Assembly (NCBI RefSeq): GCF_000002075.1
Contig: NW_004797684.1
Span: forward strand, 381,870-445,869
Source: Aplysia californica
Taxonomy: Eukaryota
DNA length: 64,000 nt
Reading direction: 5' to 3'
Shown here: positions 62,833-64,000 of the stretch, in pieces
Layout: every line of letters begins with the position of its first letter
How positions within the stretch are numbered: position 1 is the stretch's first letter
Notes under the pieces: generated by a model
What the model was told of the DNA's origin: nothing
Database searches by the model: none
What the model saw: only the letters and a program-made list of their open reading frames with translations
Program-made: the position numbers and the translations under genes

Positions 62833-63759
62833 GCGGGCCGAGTTTTTAAGATTTGTTTGTGAAGTTCGAATTGTTGTATTATGTGACTGTGTGACAGTTG
62901 TTTCTAAAGATAAGGTGTCTTCCCCTCGGGATAGATGGATAACCTAATTTGTAAAAATGTAAATATTATTAATATAAGCTTATGATGGGTTACAGTTTTT
63001 AAGACGTTCTTTAATTCTTATCATTAATAATTCTGCTATAAGTGTTGTACGTGGCTTAGCATAAGTGTGTTTGTCTTGCATTTTAAATCAAGAAGAACAT
63101 CACACCTGTCTCTGTTTTATCAATCATTGTTCTTTTTACTTTTATGTGTTTATATTTAAATGTTCCTGGATGAGCATCCCCAAGGCGTTGAAGATAAATC
63201 TGGATTTCAGACACTGGCCAGTTTTTGTGCGACTTCACAAAAAAATCTTAATACAAGATGTTTGAGACGTTATGATCTATAAATTTTGAGTCCCTGAGCA
63301 CGAGCGTTTCCATGGGGTTTGAAAAGCTCAAGATTTTTTTTTATAGACAGTTCACACCTTTGGCTTCCTCAAGATATTTCTTCTTGAATTGAGATTGTTC
63401 CACTTTGATTTGAATTATAATCATAGTTGTCTACTTCTCATCCAAAAACTCTTTTATTGTAAAGAGTAATGCTGCTTGGAGAAGCTCCTCTCCTTTCATT
63501 GTTGTGGATAGCTGTTGTCAAGAAATCAGTTTTGTGTATTTGTGTAATCGTGTGTGTTGCTCGTTTAAAGTTATCAGTAATGAATTTTAAGCAACAAAAG
63601 ACATTTTCTAACTGGACGTTATGTACTGTAGCTGCTAGAGAGATAGATTCTACTTGAGTTTTGAACCATATTGATGTCAGTATTTGAATGTTCCTCTGAC
63701 ATTGAGTCACGTTTTTTTAATCGTTTTGTCACAAGACTTGTCACAAGACGGATGGTGTA

Positions 63760-63765
63760 AATAAA
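63760..63765 (+). promoter_or_regulatory. Candidate polyadenylation signal of the YLPM1-like gene
   Basis: AATAAA about 930 nt after the stop, followed by a GT/T-rich downstream stretch. Confidence 0.5.
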
Positions 63766-63962
63766 GTTTTGTATGTATTTCAAGCTTGTTATTTGTTGCT
63801 TTTTTATGGTTCTTTCACCAAGGTGCTTTGATGCCCTCAGTAGAATCCTGTCTCTCCTGCTTTCTTCTTTCCCACTCCCATTTTGGCATCTTTTCTTGGT
63901 CTCACACATCTATTGTCCTTGTGCTCTTTTCCATCTCTTCTATGTGTTTTTACTCTTTGGTA

Positions 63963-64000
63963 CAGTAGAACTTGGATTCAACGAGGTCGCCTGGCCTGAC
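63963..64000 (+). mobile_element. Left end of a pogo-like MITE (runs off the window); same family as the right end at about 35490-35616
   Basis: TA|CAGTAGAACTTGGATTCAAC versus reverse complement TA|CAGTTGAACTCGGATTCAAC. Confidence 0.6.

Overview
Eukaryotic, intron-rich, repeat-rich genomic DNA with four N gaps (12527-12777, 27007-27155, 29432-29728, 44096-44195). It is probably from an invertebrate such as a mollusc; that is an inference from the repeat types. There are two spliced + strand genes. (1) The last 10 coding exons (752-15414) of an ABCC10/MRP7-like ABC transporter (TMD2 + NBD2). (2) An apparently complete YLPM1/ZAP3-like gene, CDS 36693-62832 in 20 exons, with a giant RGG/acidic exon, a C-terminal P-loop domain, the PP1-docking KKRVRW motif, two GC-AG introns and a candidate promoter/non-coding first exon near 30060-30172. 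Introns and the intergenic region hold a 5'-truncated I-group LINE (RT+RNase H), a broken RTE LINE with a nested TIR element, two tRNA-derived SINEs and many MITEs. The most notable signal is that about 17 short retroposon copies from at least three unrelated body types end in one shared 3' stem-loop with compensatory base changes. Two of these families have fixed 5' ends and target-site duplications (TSDs) but no tRNA/Pol III head. All family assignments are from recognition, not database searches.
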